47,254 bases of DNA from a bacterium (GTDB lineage Bacteria > Patescibacteriota > Minisyncoccia > Phycocordibacterales > UBA2100): NCBI GenBank assembly GCA_021781955.1, contig JAJXVV010000006.1, forward strand, positions 1 to 47,254, given 5' to 3'. Of this stretch, positions 1-9,376 are shown in pieces (position 1 is the first letter of the stretch; every line of letters starts with the position of its first letter). Under the pieces are notes generated by a model. That model did not search any database, was not told where the DNA came from, and saw only the letters and a list, made by a program, of their open reading frames with translations. A program made the translations under genes and the position numbers.

Positions 1-2
1 TC

Positions 3-2852
3 TCGAGCCTTTCCAACGCCCTTCTCTCCACCAACGCCAACGGTTCCGTCGTCGCCACCACCTCAATCGGCACCAACCTCCTCTCCGGCACCCTCGGCAT
101 CGGACAAGGCGGCACTAACGCCACCTCGCAGACCACCAACGGCGTCAACTACTTCAACGGCACGAGCATCACGAGCGGTAGCAATCTCACGTGGAATGGA
201 ACGACATTTGTCTTGATAACACCGAGTAGCGCAAATGCCGGCAATGGCATCGAAATGTCGAGCGGCGCGACAAGCACGTTCCTGCACATCAATACGAGTG
301 GCAGTGCCTACAGTCCGCTCGTGCAACAAGGCGATACGCAACTTATCCTGAAAGGTTCTGCCGCGGACAGTGCCGATACTCCTGGCTTCGTCATCGCGCC
401 ATGGAGTGGGTCGTTGAAAGGGATCCGCTTGGATAACAACGGCAATCTCGGCATCGGCACGGCGAATCCAGCAGGCGCGTTTGAGACTTCAAACAGTTAC
501 AGCGGCACGAGCCAAGGCGGAGAAGCATATATCACTAACGCCTATAGCTCTGTCTCCGGCACACGCGTCTCCGACCTCACCTTCCGCTTGACCGATTCGG
601 TTGGGACTAAAAAGAATGCGGCAATGATACAAGCGCTCTCAAACAATCAAGATTCTTCAACCGGCGACAACTTGCTTTTCTACACGCGCACTGCCGATGC
701 TGCCCCGACAGAGAAGATGCGCCTCGATAACAACGGCAATCTCGGCATCGGGACCACGATCCCGGTATCAAACACCAACTACGGCGGACTCTCCCTCAAC
801 GGCACTTCGGGCGGTGTCTTTTCGCTCATGACCAACGGTTTGGAAACAGGAAGGGTACAAGAAGATGGCAACGGACTTTCTATAAATGAAATTGCCAGTC
901 TTCCGATAATGCTTCTCACAAGTGACGTTGAGCGTATGCGTGTGCTTGCAAACGGCAACGTCGGCATCGGCACTCCGACTCCCCAATACAACCTTGAGGT
1001 GCATGGACAGGAGAACGTATACAGCACCACGACGCCGATGACTGCGGCGACAGCAAATCAGTTGACAATCCGCGAGGCAACCAACAATCCTGCCTATAGC
1101 TTGGCCTTGGGATTCTTCGACAATGCCGGCGCTTACTACAGCGGCGTAATCCAGTCAACGAATGCCGGTTCGGGATCGTCTTTGCTGCTAAATCCCAATG
1201 GTGGCAACGTCGGCATCGGCACCACCTCACCCGCAACGAAGCTCGACGTATTCGGATCAGGCGGGACACCCAGTCTTTCAACGGACAATGGCCTGTTCCA
1301 GGTTGGACAGACTTATAACCACCTTCAAATCGGCGCAGACAACAACGTGCCGTACGAGATCTGGTTACAAACAAAAGATTCTAGAAATATTGGCGTGTCT
1401 TATCCGTTGTCGTTAAACCCCCTCGGCGGCAACGTCGGCATCGGGACCAATAATCCTGCATCCAAACTCGATGTCAAAGGTCCCGACACTTCTTCGACTA
1501 CGCTCAGCTTCCGCGTCACTGACTCCTCGACCAACCAGCTCTTCGCGATTGACGACTCCGGTGTTGCCTCAGTGGGTAATTCATCAGGCACCGGAGACGC
1601 TTCCGCGCAGTTCGCGGCCGACGTGAACGCATGGACGATCGGCTACCGCTCATCCGACAAAGCGTTCGTAATAGCTTCTTCAACGAATCTTTCGAGTGGT
1701 GCTGTGCTTGCGATCGCAAAGGGCGGCGCAGCAACCTTTAGTGAAGGTGTCGTACCGAACGCGACTAACAGCTACAACCTTGGCGTCTCGGGGGCCAACT
1801 GGAGCTGTCTCTACTACAACAACTCCACGCTCGGCACCTGTGCCTCTGACGAGCGCCTCAAGACCGACATCAACGACCTTTCTTTCGACTATGCGAGCTC
1901 CACTTTCGGCACCGCCTCGACGACCGCGCTTGAGCAGGTGTCGCAGTTGCGTCTGCGCACCTTCGCCTACAAAACGGCGACATCGAGCATATACGAAGGC
2001 CTCATCGCGCAAGAGGTTCTCCCGATCGCGCCGGAGCTTGTTTCGACATCGAGCAACGGCTACTACCAGCTTCAGTATGGCAGCATCCAGTGGCTCACGC
2101 TCCAAGCCCTGCAAGAACTCGACGCCAACGTAAACGGAATCGCAAGCGGCACGACGACAGCTTCGATATCGCCGCAGGCGCAGAGTTTCGTGACGAACTT
2201 CTTTGCTGGCCTCTTTGCGCGTCTCACCAACTGGTTCGCGAACGCGAACAACGGCATCGATAACCTCTTCGCCAAAAACCTCTATGCCAGCAACGTGACG
2301 GCAGACACGGGCACGTTCGGAACGCTCTGCGTTACCGACGCCGCCGGCAAGACCTGCATCACGCGCCCACAGCTCGACGCGCTCCTTGCGGCGGCCGGAC
2401 AGGCGAGCAGCGGAAATGCCCCAACGGCAGCCGCCGGAGGAAACACCTCCCCGGGAGGAATTACCTCCAGCAGCACGCCCCCGCAGCTCCAGGTCAACGG
2501 CAACAACCCCGCCACCGTGAATGTCGGCACCGCCTACGCCGACCTCGGCGCGACCATCACCGGCCCGCAGGGCGACACCAACCTCGGCATCAGCGCCTCG
2601 GTCGATGGCGCGACCTCGACGCCGGTTTCCGCCATCTCCATCGACACCAGCGTCGCCGGCACCCACACCATTCGCTACAGCGCCACCGACCAGCAGGGCC
2701 AGATCGGCACCGCGACCCGCACCGTCCAGGTCGTCGCGCCGACAGCGCAGCAGGGAAGCGCTGGAGGCGGCTCGTCAAGCGTCGCGACCTCGACAGCAAG
2801 CATTTCTGGCCAAGCCGCAACGACGAGCGCCGCAACCTCGACGGCGCAGTAA
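3..2852 (+). CDS. Large surface/fibre-like protein, 5'-truncated by the window: GN(L/V)GIGT repeats, Peptidase_S74-like intramolecular chaperone, C-terminal DUF5011-like Ig domain
   Basis: Frame is open from base 3 (SSLSNALLST...). It has five GN[LV]GIGT motifs, the S74-type motif CASDERLKTDI...GLIAQEV, a NGNNPATVNVG..YADLGA..IDTSVAGTHTIRYSATD Ig-like motif and Ser/Thr-rich linkers. Confidence 0.8.
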   Translation, partial: SSLSNALLSTNANGSVVATTSIGTNLLSGTLGIGQGGTNATSQTTNGVNYFNGTSITSGSNLTWNGTTFVLITPSSANAGNGIEMSSGATSTFLHINTSGSAYSPLVQQGDTQLILKGSAADSADTPGFVIAPWSGSLKGIRLDNNGNLGIGTANPAGAFETSNSYSGTSQGGEAYITNAYSSVSGTRVSDLTFRLTDSVGTKKNAAMIQALSNNQDSSTGDNLLFYTRTADAAPTEKMRLDNNGNLGIGTTIPVSNTNYGGLSLNGTSGGVFSLMTNGLETGRVQEDGNGLSINEIASLPIMLLTSDVERMRVLANGNVGIGTPTPQYNLEVHGQENVYSTTTPMTAATANQLTIREATNNPAYSLALGFFDNAGAYYSGVIQSTNAGSGSSLLLNPNGGNVGIGTTSPATKLDVFGSGGTPSLSTDNGLFQVGQTYNHLQIGADNNVPYEIWLQTKDSRNIGVSYPLSLNPLGGNVGIGTNNPASKLDVKGPDTSSTTLSFRVTDSSTNQLFAIDDSGVASVGNSSGTGDASAQFAADVNAWTIGYRSSDKAFVIASSTNLSSGAVLAIAKGGAATFSEGVVPNATNSYNLGVSGANWSCLYYNNSTLGTCASDERLKTDINDLSFDYASSTFGTASTTALEQVSQLRLRTFAYKTATSSIYEGLIAQEVLPIAPELVSTSSNGYYQLQYGSIQWLTLQALQELDANVNGIASGTTTASISPQAQSFVTNFFAGLFARLTNWFANANNGIDNLFAKNLYASNVTADTGTFGTLCVTDAAGKTCITRPQLDALLAAAGQASSGNAPTAAAGGNTSPGGITSSSTPPQLQVNGNNPATVNVGTAYADLGATITGPQGDTNLGISASVDGATSTPVSAISIDTSVAGTHTIRYSATDQQGQIGTATRTVQVVAPTAQQGSAGGGSSSVATSTASISGQAATTSAATSTAQ
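432..1446 (+). repeat. Five DNA-level copies of ggcaa(t/c)(c/g)tcggcatcgg inside the surface-protein gene
   Basis: Identical 26-mer gataacaacggcaatctcggcatcgg at 432-457 and 726-751; ggcaacgtcggcatcgg at about 954, 1203 and 1428. Confidence 0.85.
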
Positions 2853-2896
2853 CCCCCCCGTGAGCGGGCCCGCAAGCCCGTGGTATCCTGCGGGAT

Positions 2897-3223
2897 ATGT
2901 TCTTCGGATCCACGCCTGCCGTACCAGTCGACAAAGCCGCCGCGCGGATAGGGGAGCCCGGCGTCGCCCTTGTCGACGTGCGCACTCCGGCTGAATATGC
3001 CGACGGCCATGCGAAAGGGGCGGTCAATTTCCCGCTCGATACCCTCGACGAGAACCAGGCCGCACAATTGAAATCCTTCGCCGAGGTATACGTCATCTGT
3101 CGCAGCGGCGGAAGAAGCGCGGCGGCGACTTCAGCACTGGTAGGGAGCGGTGTCAAGGCTATCAACGTGTCCGGCGGAATGCTCGCCTGGAGCGCCCGCG
3201 GCCTCCCCGTCGTTCTCGAATAA
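2897..3223 (+). CDS. Rhodanese-like domain protein
   Basis: VDVRTPAEYADGHAKGA motif and CRSGGRS active-site loop. Confidence 0.9.
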   Translation: MFFGSTPAVPVDKAAARIGEPGVALVDVRTPAEYADGHAKGAVNFPLDTLDENQAAQLKSFAEVYVICRSGGRSAAATSALVGSGVKAINVSGGMLAWSARGLPVVLE

Positions 3224-3255
3224 CGCCGGGAGAACGTGGTACCATAAGGCGACCT

Positions 3256-4398
3256 ATGAAGATAGTCATGACCGGCGGCGGTACGGGCGGGCATTTTTAT
3301 CCGCACATAGCCGTTGCGGAAGCAATCGAAGATATCTGCAAGGAACGCGTGCTGGTGGAGCCGGAGCTTTTTTACGTCGGTCCGAAGCCGTTCGACGCAG
3401 AAGCGCTCCTGGAGCATGACATCATCTACAAGCCCTCGCCAGCGGGGAAGATGCGCCGTTACCCGAGCCTCTTGAACGTGTTCGGAGTCTTTTCCACCGC
3501 CATCGGCATCATTCGCTCGACCGCGCAACTGTTCGGCCTCTATCCCGACGTCGTATTCTCGACCGGCGGTTATGGCGCGTTCCCCACGCTGTACGCCGCG
3601 CGGCTGCTCCGCATCCCGATCATCGTGTACGACGCCGACGCGACGCCGGGCCGCGTTTCGCTCTGGTCATCGAAGTTCGCGCGCTGGATCGCGCTCGCGC
3701 ATCCGGATGCCGCAGCGAAATTCCCGGCCGGCGTTCGGGATCGGATCGCGCGCGTCGGACATCCGATCCGCCGCGAGATACAGAGCGCAACGCGCGAAGG
3801 CGGCTACGAATTCCTCAAACTGGATCCGAGCGCGCCGACCATCTTCATCATGGGCGGCTCGCAAGGGGCACAGGCGATCAACAATGCCGTCCTCGACGCG
3901 CTCCCGACGCTCCTGAAGGAGTTCAACGTCGTGCACCAGGTCGGCACCGCCAACCTGGGAGAGGTGAGCAGCATCGCCTCGGTCACGCTGAGAGATTCTC
4001 GGTACGCGGAACGATACAAGATATTCGGCCTCTTGAACACGCTCGCGATGCGCATGGCCGCGGGCATCTCGAAGCTCATCGTCGCGCGCGCGGGTTCCGG
4101 TACCATTTTTGAGATCGCGAGCTGGGGCATACCGTCCATTCTCGTGCCGATACCCGAAGACGTGTCCCATGATCAGACCAAGAACGCGTTCTCCTACGCT
4201 CGCGGCGGAGCCGCCGTGGTCGTAGAGCAACGCAACTTCACGCCGCACGTGCTGGTCGCCGAAGTGGAGCGCATCGCTGGCGATGACGAGGTGCGCGCGA
4301 AAATGTCGGCGGCCGCCAAAGTGTACGCGCGGCCCGACGCGGCACGAAAAATAGCGACAGCCTTGCTCGACGAGGCGCTCTCGCACGAACCCGTATGA
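3256..4398 (+). CDS. murG: MurG glycosyltransferase (lipid II synthesis)
   Basis: TGGGTGGH, STGGY, GGSQGA, RAGSGT and HDQTKNA motifs. Confidence 0.95.
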   Translation: MKIVMTGGGTGGHFYPHIAVAEAIEDICKERVLVEPELFYVGPKPFDAEALLEHDIIYKPSPAGKMRRYPSLLNVFGVFSTAIGIIRSTAQLFGLYPDVVFSTGGYGAFPTLYAARLLRIPIIVYDADATPGRVSLWSSKFARWIALAHPDAAAKFPAGVRDRIARVGHPIRREIQSATREGGYEFLKLDPSAPTIFIMGGSQGAQAINNAVLDALPTLLKEFNVVHQVGTANLGEVSSIASVTLRDSRYAERYKIFGLLNTLAMRMAAGISKLIVARAGSGTIFEIASWGIPSILVPIPEDVSHDQTKNAFSYARGGAAVVVEQRNFTPHVLVAEVERIAGDDEVRAKMSAAAKVYARPDAARKIATALLDEALSHEPV

Positions 4399-5735
4399 GC
4401 GTCAAGGTACGATTCCCCCCATCGCCGACCGGCTGGTGCCACGTCGGTACCGCGCGCATGGCCGTGCTCAATTACCTCTTCGCCCGCAAGCACGGCGGTA
4501 CGATCGTCTTCCGCAGCGAGGACACCGACAAGGAGCGCAGCTCGCGCGAATACGAGGCGGACATCATCGAGCAGCTGCGGTGGCTCGGCCTTTCATGGGA
4601 CTCGTTCCAGCGGACGAGCGAGCTCGTCGCGCATCACACACACGCGCTTACGACCCTCATCGAAACGGACAAGGCATATCTCTCGTGCGAGGAGAGCAAG
4701 CGCGAACCGGGCACGTTCGTCGAGGTCGTGCGACTGCGTAATCCCGGGAAAGCGGTCACGTTCACCGACCTCATTCGCGGGGATATCACGTTCGATACTG
4801 CCGAGCTTGGCGACTTCGCCATCGCGCGCGCGATCGACGACCCCCTCTATCATCTTGCGGTCGTTGTCGACGATGCGGCCGAGGGCATCACGCACGTCAT
4901 ACGCGGAGAGGATCACATCTCGAACACGCCGCGCCAGATCCTCATCCAAGAAGCGCTCGGGTACGAGCGGCCGCAGTACGCGCACTACCCGCTCCATCTC
5001 GGCGCGGACAAATCGAAGCTCTCGAAGCGCACGGGCGATGTCGCGGTGCGCTCGTACCGCGAGAAAGGTTTCTTGCCCGACGCGCTGATCAATTACATCG
5101 CCCACCTCGGGTGGACGCCGCCCTCGGGCAAAGAGCTCATGTCGCTCGACGAAATGGTCGAAGAATTCGAGCTCACCGAGCTCCACAAGAGCGGGGCCGT
5201 GTTCGATCTCGAGAAATTGCGCTGGTACAACCGGGAGTACCTCTTGCGGGAGACGGAGGCTTCCTTCGCCGCCTACGTCTTGCCGCTTTTGAAGAGCGCC
5301 ATCGAGCTGCGCGGCTTGCCGTGGGACGATGCCGTCGGCGGGAAACTCGTACCGACTTTGCGAGAGCGGATGAGCGTCGCCTCGGACCTCGCCGAAATGA
5401 TCGGCGCAGGGGAGTACGACTTCTTCTTCGCCGATCCCGCCCCCGATGCAGCGCATATTCCAGAAAAGAAATCGAATCCTGCCGACGCTCGAACCCATCT
5501 CGCATACGCGAGGACGGCGCTCGAAGGTTTAACAACATTCACACCAGAGACTGTCAAGGATACGCTATGGACATACGCGGCCGAGCATGGCCGGGGCGCG
5601 GTGCTGTGGCCGCTGCGATACGCATTGACGGGGCAGCAAAGAAGCCCGGACCCGTTCGTGGTGGCCAGCATCATCGGCAAGACGGCCACGCTGCGCAGGA
5701 TCGACCACGCACTCTCGCTCATCGCTCGCCTATGA
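4395..5735 (+). CDS. gltX: Glutamate--tRNA ligase
   Basis: RFPPSPTG..HVG, THVIRGEDH and KLSKR motifs; ATGA overlap with murG. Confidence 0.93.
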   Translation: MSVKVRFPPSPTGWCHVGTARMAVLNYLFARKHGGTIVFRSEDTDKERSSREYEADIIEQLRWLGLSWDSFQRTSELVAHHTHALTTLIETDKAYLSCEESKREPGTFVEVVRLRNPGKAVTFTDLIRGDITFDTAELGDFAIARAIDDPLYHLAVVVDDAAEGITHVIRGEDHISNTPRQILIQEALGYERPQYAHYPLHLGADKSKLSKRTGDVAVRSYREKGFLPDALINYIAHLGWTPPSGKELMSLDEMVEEFELTELHKSGAVFDLEKLRWYNREYLLRETEASFAAYVLPLLKSAIELRGLPWDDAVGGKLVPTLRERMSVASDLAEMIGAGEYDFFFADPAPDAAHIPEKKSNPADARTHLAYARTALEGLTTFTPETVKDTLWTYAAEHGRGAVLWPLRYALTGQQRSPDPFVVASIIGKTATLRRIDHALSLIARL

Positions 5736-7069
5736 TGAGCCGCGTTCGAGCACTCACCGCACGAATCGTTTTTGCAGCGTGTGTGCTCACGACGATCCCG
5801 CTCGTGGCATACGCGCAAACCGCGACGACCTCGCAGAGCGACCTGCAGACGCGGATCGACGCGCAGAACGCGCAGATATCGCAACTCAACCAGGACATCG
5901 CCAAGTACCAGCAGCAGCTCGACCTTACGACCGTCAAGAAACAAACGCTTCAGAACACGCTCTCGCAGATCAAGACCTCCATCAAAAAGACGAGTACGTC
6001 CATCAAGGTCATCCAGGCGCAAATAACCACCACCAATCTGCAAATCCAGCAACTCTCCGGCACGATAGCCGATACACAGCGATCTATCGCGACCGAAAGC
6101 GCGGGCCTTGCACAGGCGCTTCGCGCGGTAGGAAAGGTCACTTCGCAGCCGCTCGCGCTCACGCTGTTATCCGACGGCGGTATGAGCGCGGCATGGAGCG
6201 ATATGACCGCCCTCGCGACGATAGAGCAAGCGGTGGGCGACGATATGCGGCGGCTTGCTGATTCCCAGCAGCGGCTTTCCGACGCAAAATCATCCGCAGT
6301 GCAGAAGCAATCGGAGCTGAAGGTCAGCCAAAACACTTTGCAGACCCGGAAAGGCTCGCTGAGCGCTCAGCAAGAATCGCAGAACCAACTGCTCACGCAA
6401 ACAAGATCGCAGGAAGCGATATACCAATCGATCATCGCGCAGAAGAAGGCGCAGGAGCAAGACTTGGAGACGGCGCTCTCGAACCTGAAAGGGCAGTACA
6501 ACGTTGCGGTCGATCCCACGCAGGTGCCAACGCCGAGCCCAGGCATCCTTGCGTGGCCGATCGATGGCAAGATCAGGATCACGCAATACTTTGGCGATAC
6601 GCCGTTCGCACAGGTACACGCATCGCTCTACAGCGGCCACGGGCACGACGGGCTCGATATCGGCGCGCCCATAGGAACGCCGGTGCATGCCGCGCTCTCA
6701 GGGACGATACTCGCGACCGGAGACACTGATACGTATCACGGAATTTCCGGCGCGCAATGTTACTCGTTCGGCAAGTGGGTCATGATCAAGCATGCGAACG
6801 GCCTTAACACCATGTACGCGCACCTTTCGAAGATCGGCGTATCGCCGGGCCAGTCGGTATCAACGGGCGATGTCATCGGATTCAGCGGCGAGACCGGGTA
6901 TGCGACCGGCCCGCACTTGCACTTCGGCGTTTACGTCGGTGCGGTGACGCAGATCATACCGCTCGGCCAGGCGACCAAGGCGGTCGGTACGCCATGCTCA
7001 AAAGCCATTATGCCCGTACCGCCGGTTTCCGGGTACCTGAATCCGCTCAACTACCTGCCGAGCATCTAA
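5732..7069 (+). CDS. Secreted coiled-coil M23 family metallopeptidase (murein hydrolase)
   Basis: Signal peptide after the ATG at 5732 (overlaps the gltX stop), long coiled coil, HDGLD and GPHLHF zinc motifs. Confidence 0.9.
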   Translation: MMSRVRALTARIVFAACVLTTIPLVAYAQTATTSQSDLQTRIDAQNAQISQLNQDIAKYQQQLDLTTVKKQTLQNTLSQIKTSIKKTSTSIKVIQAQITTTNLQIQQLSGTIADTQRSIATESAGLAQALRAVGKVTSQPLALTLLSDGGMSAAWSDMTALATIEQAVGDDMRRLADSQQRLSDAKSSAVQKQSELKVSQNTLQTRKGSLSAQQESQNQLLTQTRSQEAIYQSIIAQKKAQEQDLETALSNLKGQYNVAVDPTQVPTPSPGILAWPIDGKIRITQYFGDTPFAQVHASLYSGHGHDGLDIGAPIGTPVHAALSGTILATGDTDTYHGISGAQCYSFGKWVMIKHANGLNTMYAHLSKIGVSPGQSVSTGDVIGFSGETGYATGPHLHFGVYVGAVTQIIPLGQATKAVGTPCSKAIMPVPPVSGYLNPLNYLPSI

Positions 7070-7508
7070 GAAACGGGGCGCAGGAACTTCTCTGGACATC
7101 GGCTCTTCTTTGGCTCTGGCCAAGAGAACTCAAACGCCGAGATAGCGCTTAAACGCATCACGTCTCGGCGAGAGCGGCCCAGGGGAGCGGCCGCGCAGAA
7201 ATCGGCCATAGCGGCTCTCTGCGGCACGCGATAAAAGAGACGGAAGAAGGCATCGGGTATCCGCCGAGCGCACGGCCTCGGCGGCAAGGGCGGCGTTATA
7301 TCTGTACGTACTTATTTTACGTAGCTACATGTCGCAAAAGATATATTGTGCGACACGCTCTATCTCGTCCACCCTAGCTCTGTCTATATTACGCCACACG
7401 GCATGATCCATCGCATCTCCGCGAAAACGCTTCGTTCGTCCCATCGAACGGCGCTGATGCGCGACGCCGCCTTCACTCGCGACCCGAACGCGCCGTTTTA
7501 TTTTTAGG

Positions 7509-7550
7509 GAAAAACGGGGCAGGAAGGGAGCCTTCCCCTTCCCCTGCCGA
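7509..7550 (-). terminator. Intrinsic terminator of the exonuclease gene
   Basis: On the minus strand, ggcagg..ggaagggg/ctcccttcc..tgcc hairpin followed by a T-run, just past the stop at 7561. Confidence 0.6.
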
Positions 7551-7560
7551 AGGGGCGCTC

Positions 7561-8163
7561 TCAAGCCCTGCGCCAGGGGATGTCGTACTGCTCGAACTCA
7601 GGCAGCAATGTGCGACCGTATAACAGACGTGCGATGACTTCCGCGTGGCTCAGGGCGCCGGTGAGCGCGTTGTGCGGCGTCGGCTCATGCGGGATGCCGC
7701 AATAATTGAGCGCCTGATCGAGGTCGAGCGCCGAATGGCGCTTCACCTTATCGAACGGCGGACGCAAGCCGCGGTTCACCATGTGCATGTATGCAAGCGT
7801 GTGCACGTCGAGCGTGCGGTACGAGAGCGGCCAATTCGTATGCCCGGCTCGCTCGGCCGCATAGCGCAAGAAGTCGCGATCGAAAGAAACGTTCTGTGCG
7901 GCGAGCGTGCGATCCTCGAGCTTGTCGCTCCAGGCGAGAAATCGATGGATGAGATCCGCCTCGGACTGCTTCTTCTGGTCCGTGATCTCCTCCATGCGAA
8001 AGCCGTTGACGGCAAGCGCTGTGTCCATAACGTGCGCGCCATCCCAAACGCGGCACTCCTCGTAGAAGCGGTACGTCGGATTCGCGAGATCGAGCGCGCC
8101 GACGGACACGATGGAATGTTTCCACGGCTCCGTTCCCGATGCTTCCACGTCTACGACCAGCAT
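7561..8163 (-). CDS. DEDDh-family 3'-5' exonuclease
   Basis: VVDVE (ExoI), NVSFD (ExoII) and HNAL (ExoIII) motifs. Confidence 0.85.
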   Translation of the reverse strand: MLVVDVEASGTEPWKHSIVSVGALDLANPTYRFYEECRVWDGAHVMDTALAVNGFRMEEITDQKKQSEADLIHRFLAWSDKLEDRTLAAQNVSFDRDFLRYAAERAGHTNWPLSYRTLDVHTLAYMHMVNRGLRPPFDKVKRHSALDLDQALNYCGIPHEPTPHNALTGALSHAEVIARLLYGRTLLPEFEQYDIPWRRA

Positions 8164-8178
8164 AAGAGGGATTATAGC

Positions 8179-8559
8179 CTAATTCGTGAGCCCTTTGCAG
8201 GCTTTTCCGGCAGCGTATCCCGCAGACTGGGCGGCCTGTTCGCTCACGAACCACACCTGATTTGCCGGCGCTATCTTCCCCGCCCCGGCACACCAGGGAA
8301 AGTAATAGGCCTTGCCGTCACGCGAGGCGATCAGAAAGCCGCCGAGCGGTCTCGAAAGGAGGGGCTGGACGCCTGAGGCGGTATCCGCTATCGCCACCGG
8401 CTGGACGGCCTCCTCGAGCGCAGAAAAGCGCCCTAATCCGAACGATATGAAAGCAAGCAAGAAAATGACGGCGATACCGCCCCATTCGGCCCCGGGCCCA
8501 TCCAGCCACCCGATCGCGCCGCCCTTGATATCTGCCACGGTTTCCTGTATAGTAGCCAT
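8179..8559 (-). CDS. Membrane-anchored hypothetical protein with an Ada-metal-binding-like C-terminal domain
   Basis: One TM helix ([16 protein letters not shown]) followed by [25 protein letters not shown]...C. Start moved to ATG 8559 because the longer ORF overlaps rpmA. Confidence 0.75.
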   Translation of the reverse strand: MATIQETVADIKGGAIGWLDGPGAEWGGIAVIFLLAFISFGLGRFSALEEAVQPVAIADTASGVQPLLSRPLGGFLIASRDGKAYYFPWCAGAGKIAPANQVWFVSEQAAQSAGYAAGKACKGLTN

Positions 8560-8578
8560 GTTAAGGACATCATACCGT

Positions 8579-8851
8579 ATGGCAACAACGAAAGCAGGCG
8601 GAACAGCGAAAAACCTAAGGGATTCCAACCCGAAGTATTTGGGCGTCAAGCGCTCCGATGGCCAGAAGGTCACCGTCGGAGAGATTGTCGTGCGCCAGCG
8701 CGGAACCGCCATCCTTGCCGGTAAGAATATCGGGGTTGGCAAGGACCACACGCTTTTTTCCCGTGTCGCAGGTACCGTGAAGTTCCGTACGACCCGCAAG
8801 ACCAATTACGACGGCCGCTCGTCGCGCCGCCACATCGTAGACGTCGTCTAA
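8579..8851 (+). CDS. rpmA: 50S ribosomal protein L27
   Basis: [39 protein letters not shown]. Confidence 0.97.
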   Translation: MATTKAGGTAKNLRDSNPKYLGVKRSDGQKVTVGEIVVRQRGTAILAGKNIGVGKDHTLFSRVAGTVKFRTTRKTNYDGRSSRRHIVDVV

Positions 8852-8864
8852 AGCATCTTTAGAT

Positions 8865-8902
8865 ACAGCCCGACCGCCAAAGGCGGTCGGGCTGTGTTTT
8901 TT
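8865..8902 (+). terminator. Intrinsic terminator between convergent rpmA and rplI
   Basis: Perfect 14-bp stem acagcccgaccgcc/ggcggtcgggctgt followed by a T6 run. Confidence 0.9.
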
Positions 8903-8914
8903 GTCCCTCTATAT

Positions 8915-9364
8915 TCATCCTTGATCAGCTATGATCGAAAGTTTGATGGTGGCGCGGTGCGAACCGAGATTGATCTGCCCCTCGTACTCCCCCGTCGTCT
9001 TGATGTGCCCGGGCACGTGTATCGACTCGAGCGGCACCGGAACGCCCTTTTCCTTCTTGATCGCATCTGCTATCAGGTGCGGCGAGAGTTGCTGATACAG
9101 GTGGCGATTATCGTTGGTGCGTACGCGCAGAACGAACGTCGCGCCTTCGAGCTTGTCGATGTCTTCTTTGCGCTTCGCGTCGTCGTGCGCATCCTGTTTT
9201 GCCTGTGCCGCATACCGTTTCTTATGGTCGGCTATGGCCTTGGGCGTCGCCTGCACGGCCATCCCCCGCGGGATCAGGTAGTTGAGCGCGTATCCGTCTG
9301 ACACGTCCTTAATGACGCCGGCTTGCGCGACCCCACCAACATTTTTGACGAATATGAGCTTCAT
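8915..9364 (-). CDS. rplI: 50S ribosomal protein L9
   Basis: MKLIFVKNV..G.AG.IKDVSDGYALNYLIPRG.A..AT N-terminal domain and IKTTGEY C-terminal domain. Confidence 0.95.
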   Translation of the reverse strand: MKLIFVKNVGGVAQAGVIKDVSDGYALNYLIPRGMAVQATPKAIADHKKRYAAQAKQDAHDDAKRKEDIDKLEGATFVLRVRTNDNRHLYQQLSPHLIADAIKKEKGVPVPLESIHVPGHIKTTGEYEGQINLGSHRATIKLSIIADQG

Positions 9365-9376
9365 ACGAGACTTCTC

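Noticed and set aside
432-1446. CRISPR array or DGR target repeats
   Set aside because: The repeats are in-frame coding motifs 225-294 bp apart; there is no cas or reverse transcriptase gene and no adenine-specific TR/VR pair.
5111-5731. N-terminal extension of the M23 ORF (likewise the extended starts of rpmA, corA, cysS, ahcY, rdgB and atpF)
   Set aside because: They overlap upstream genes; the downstream ATGs match family N-termini and the -10 or stop-start coupling pattern.
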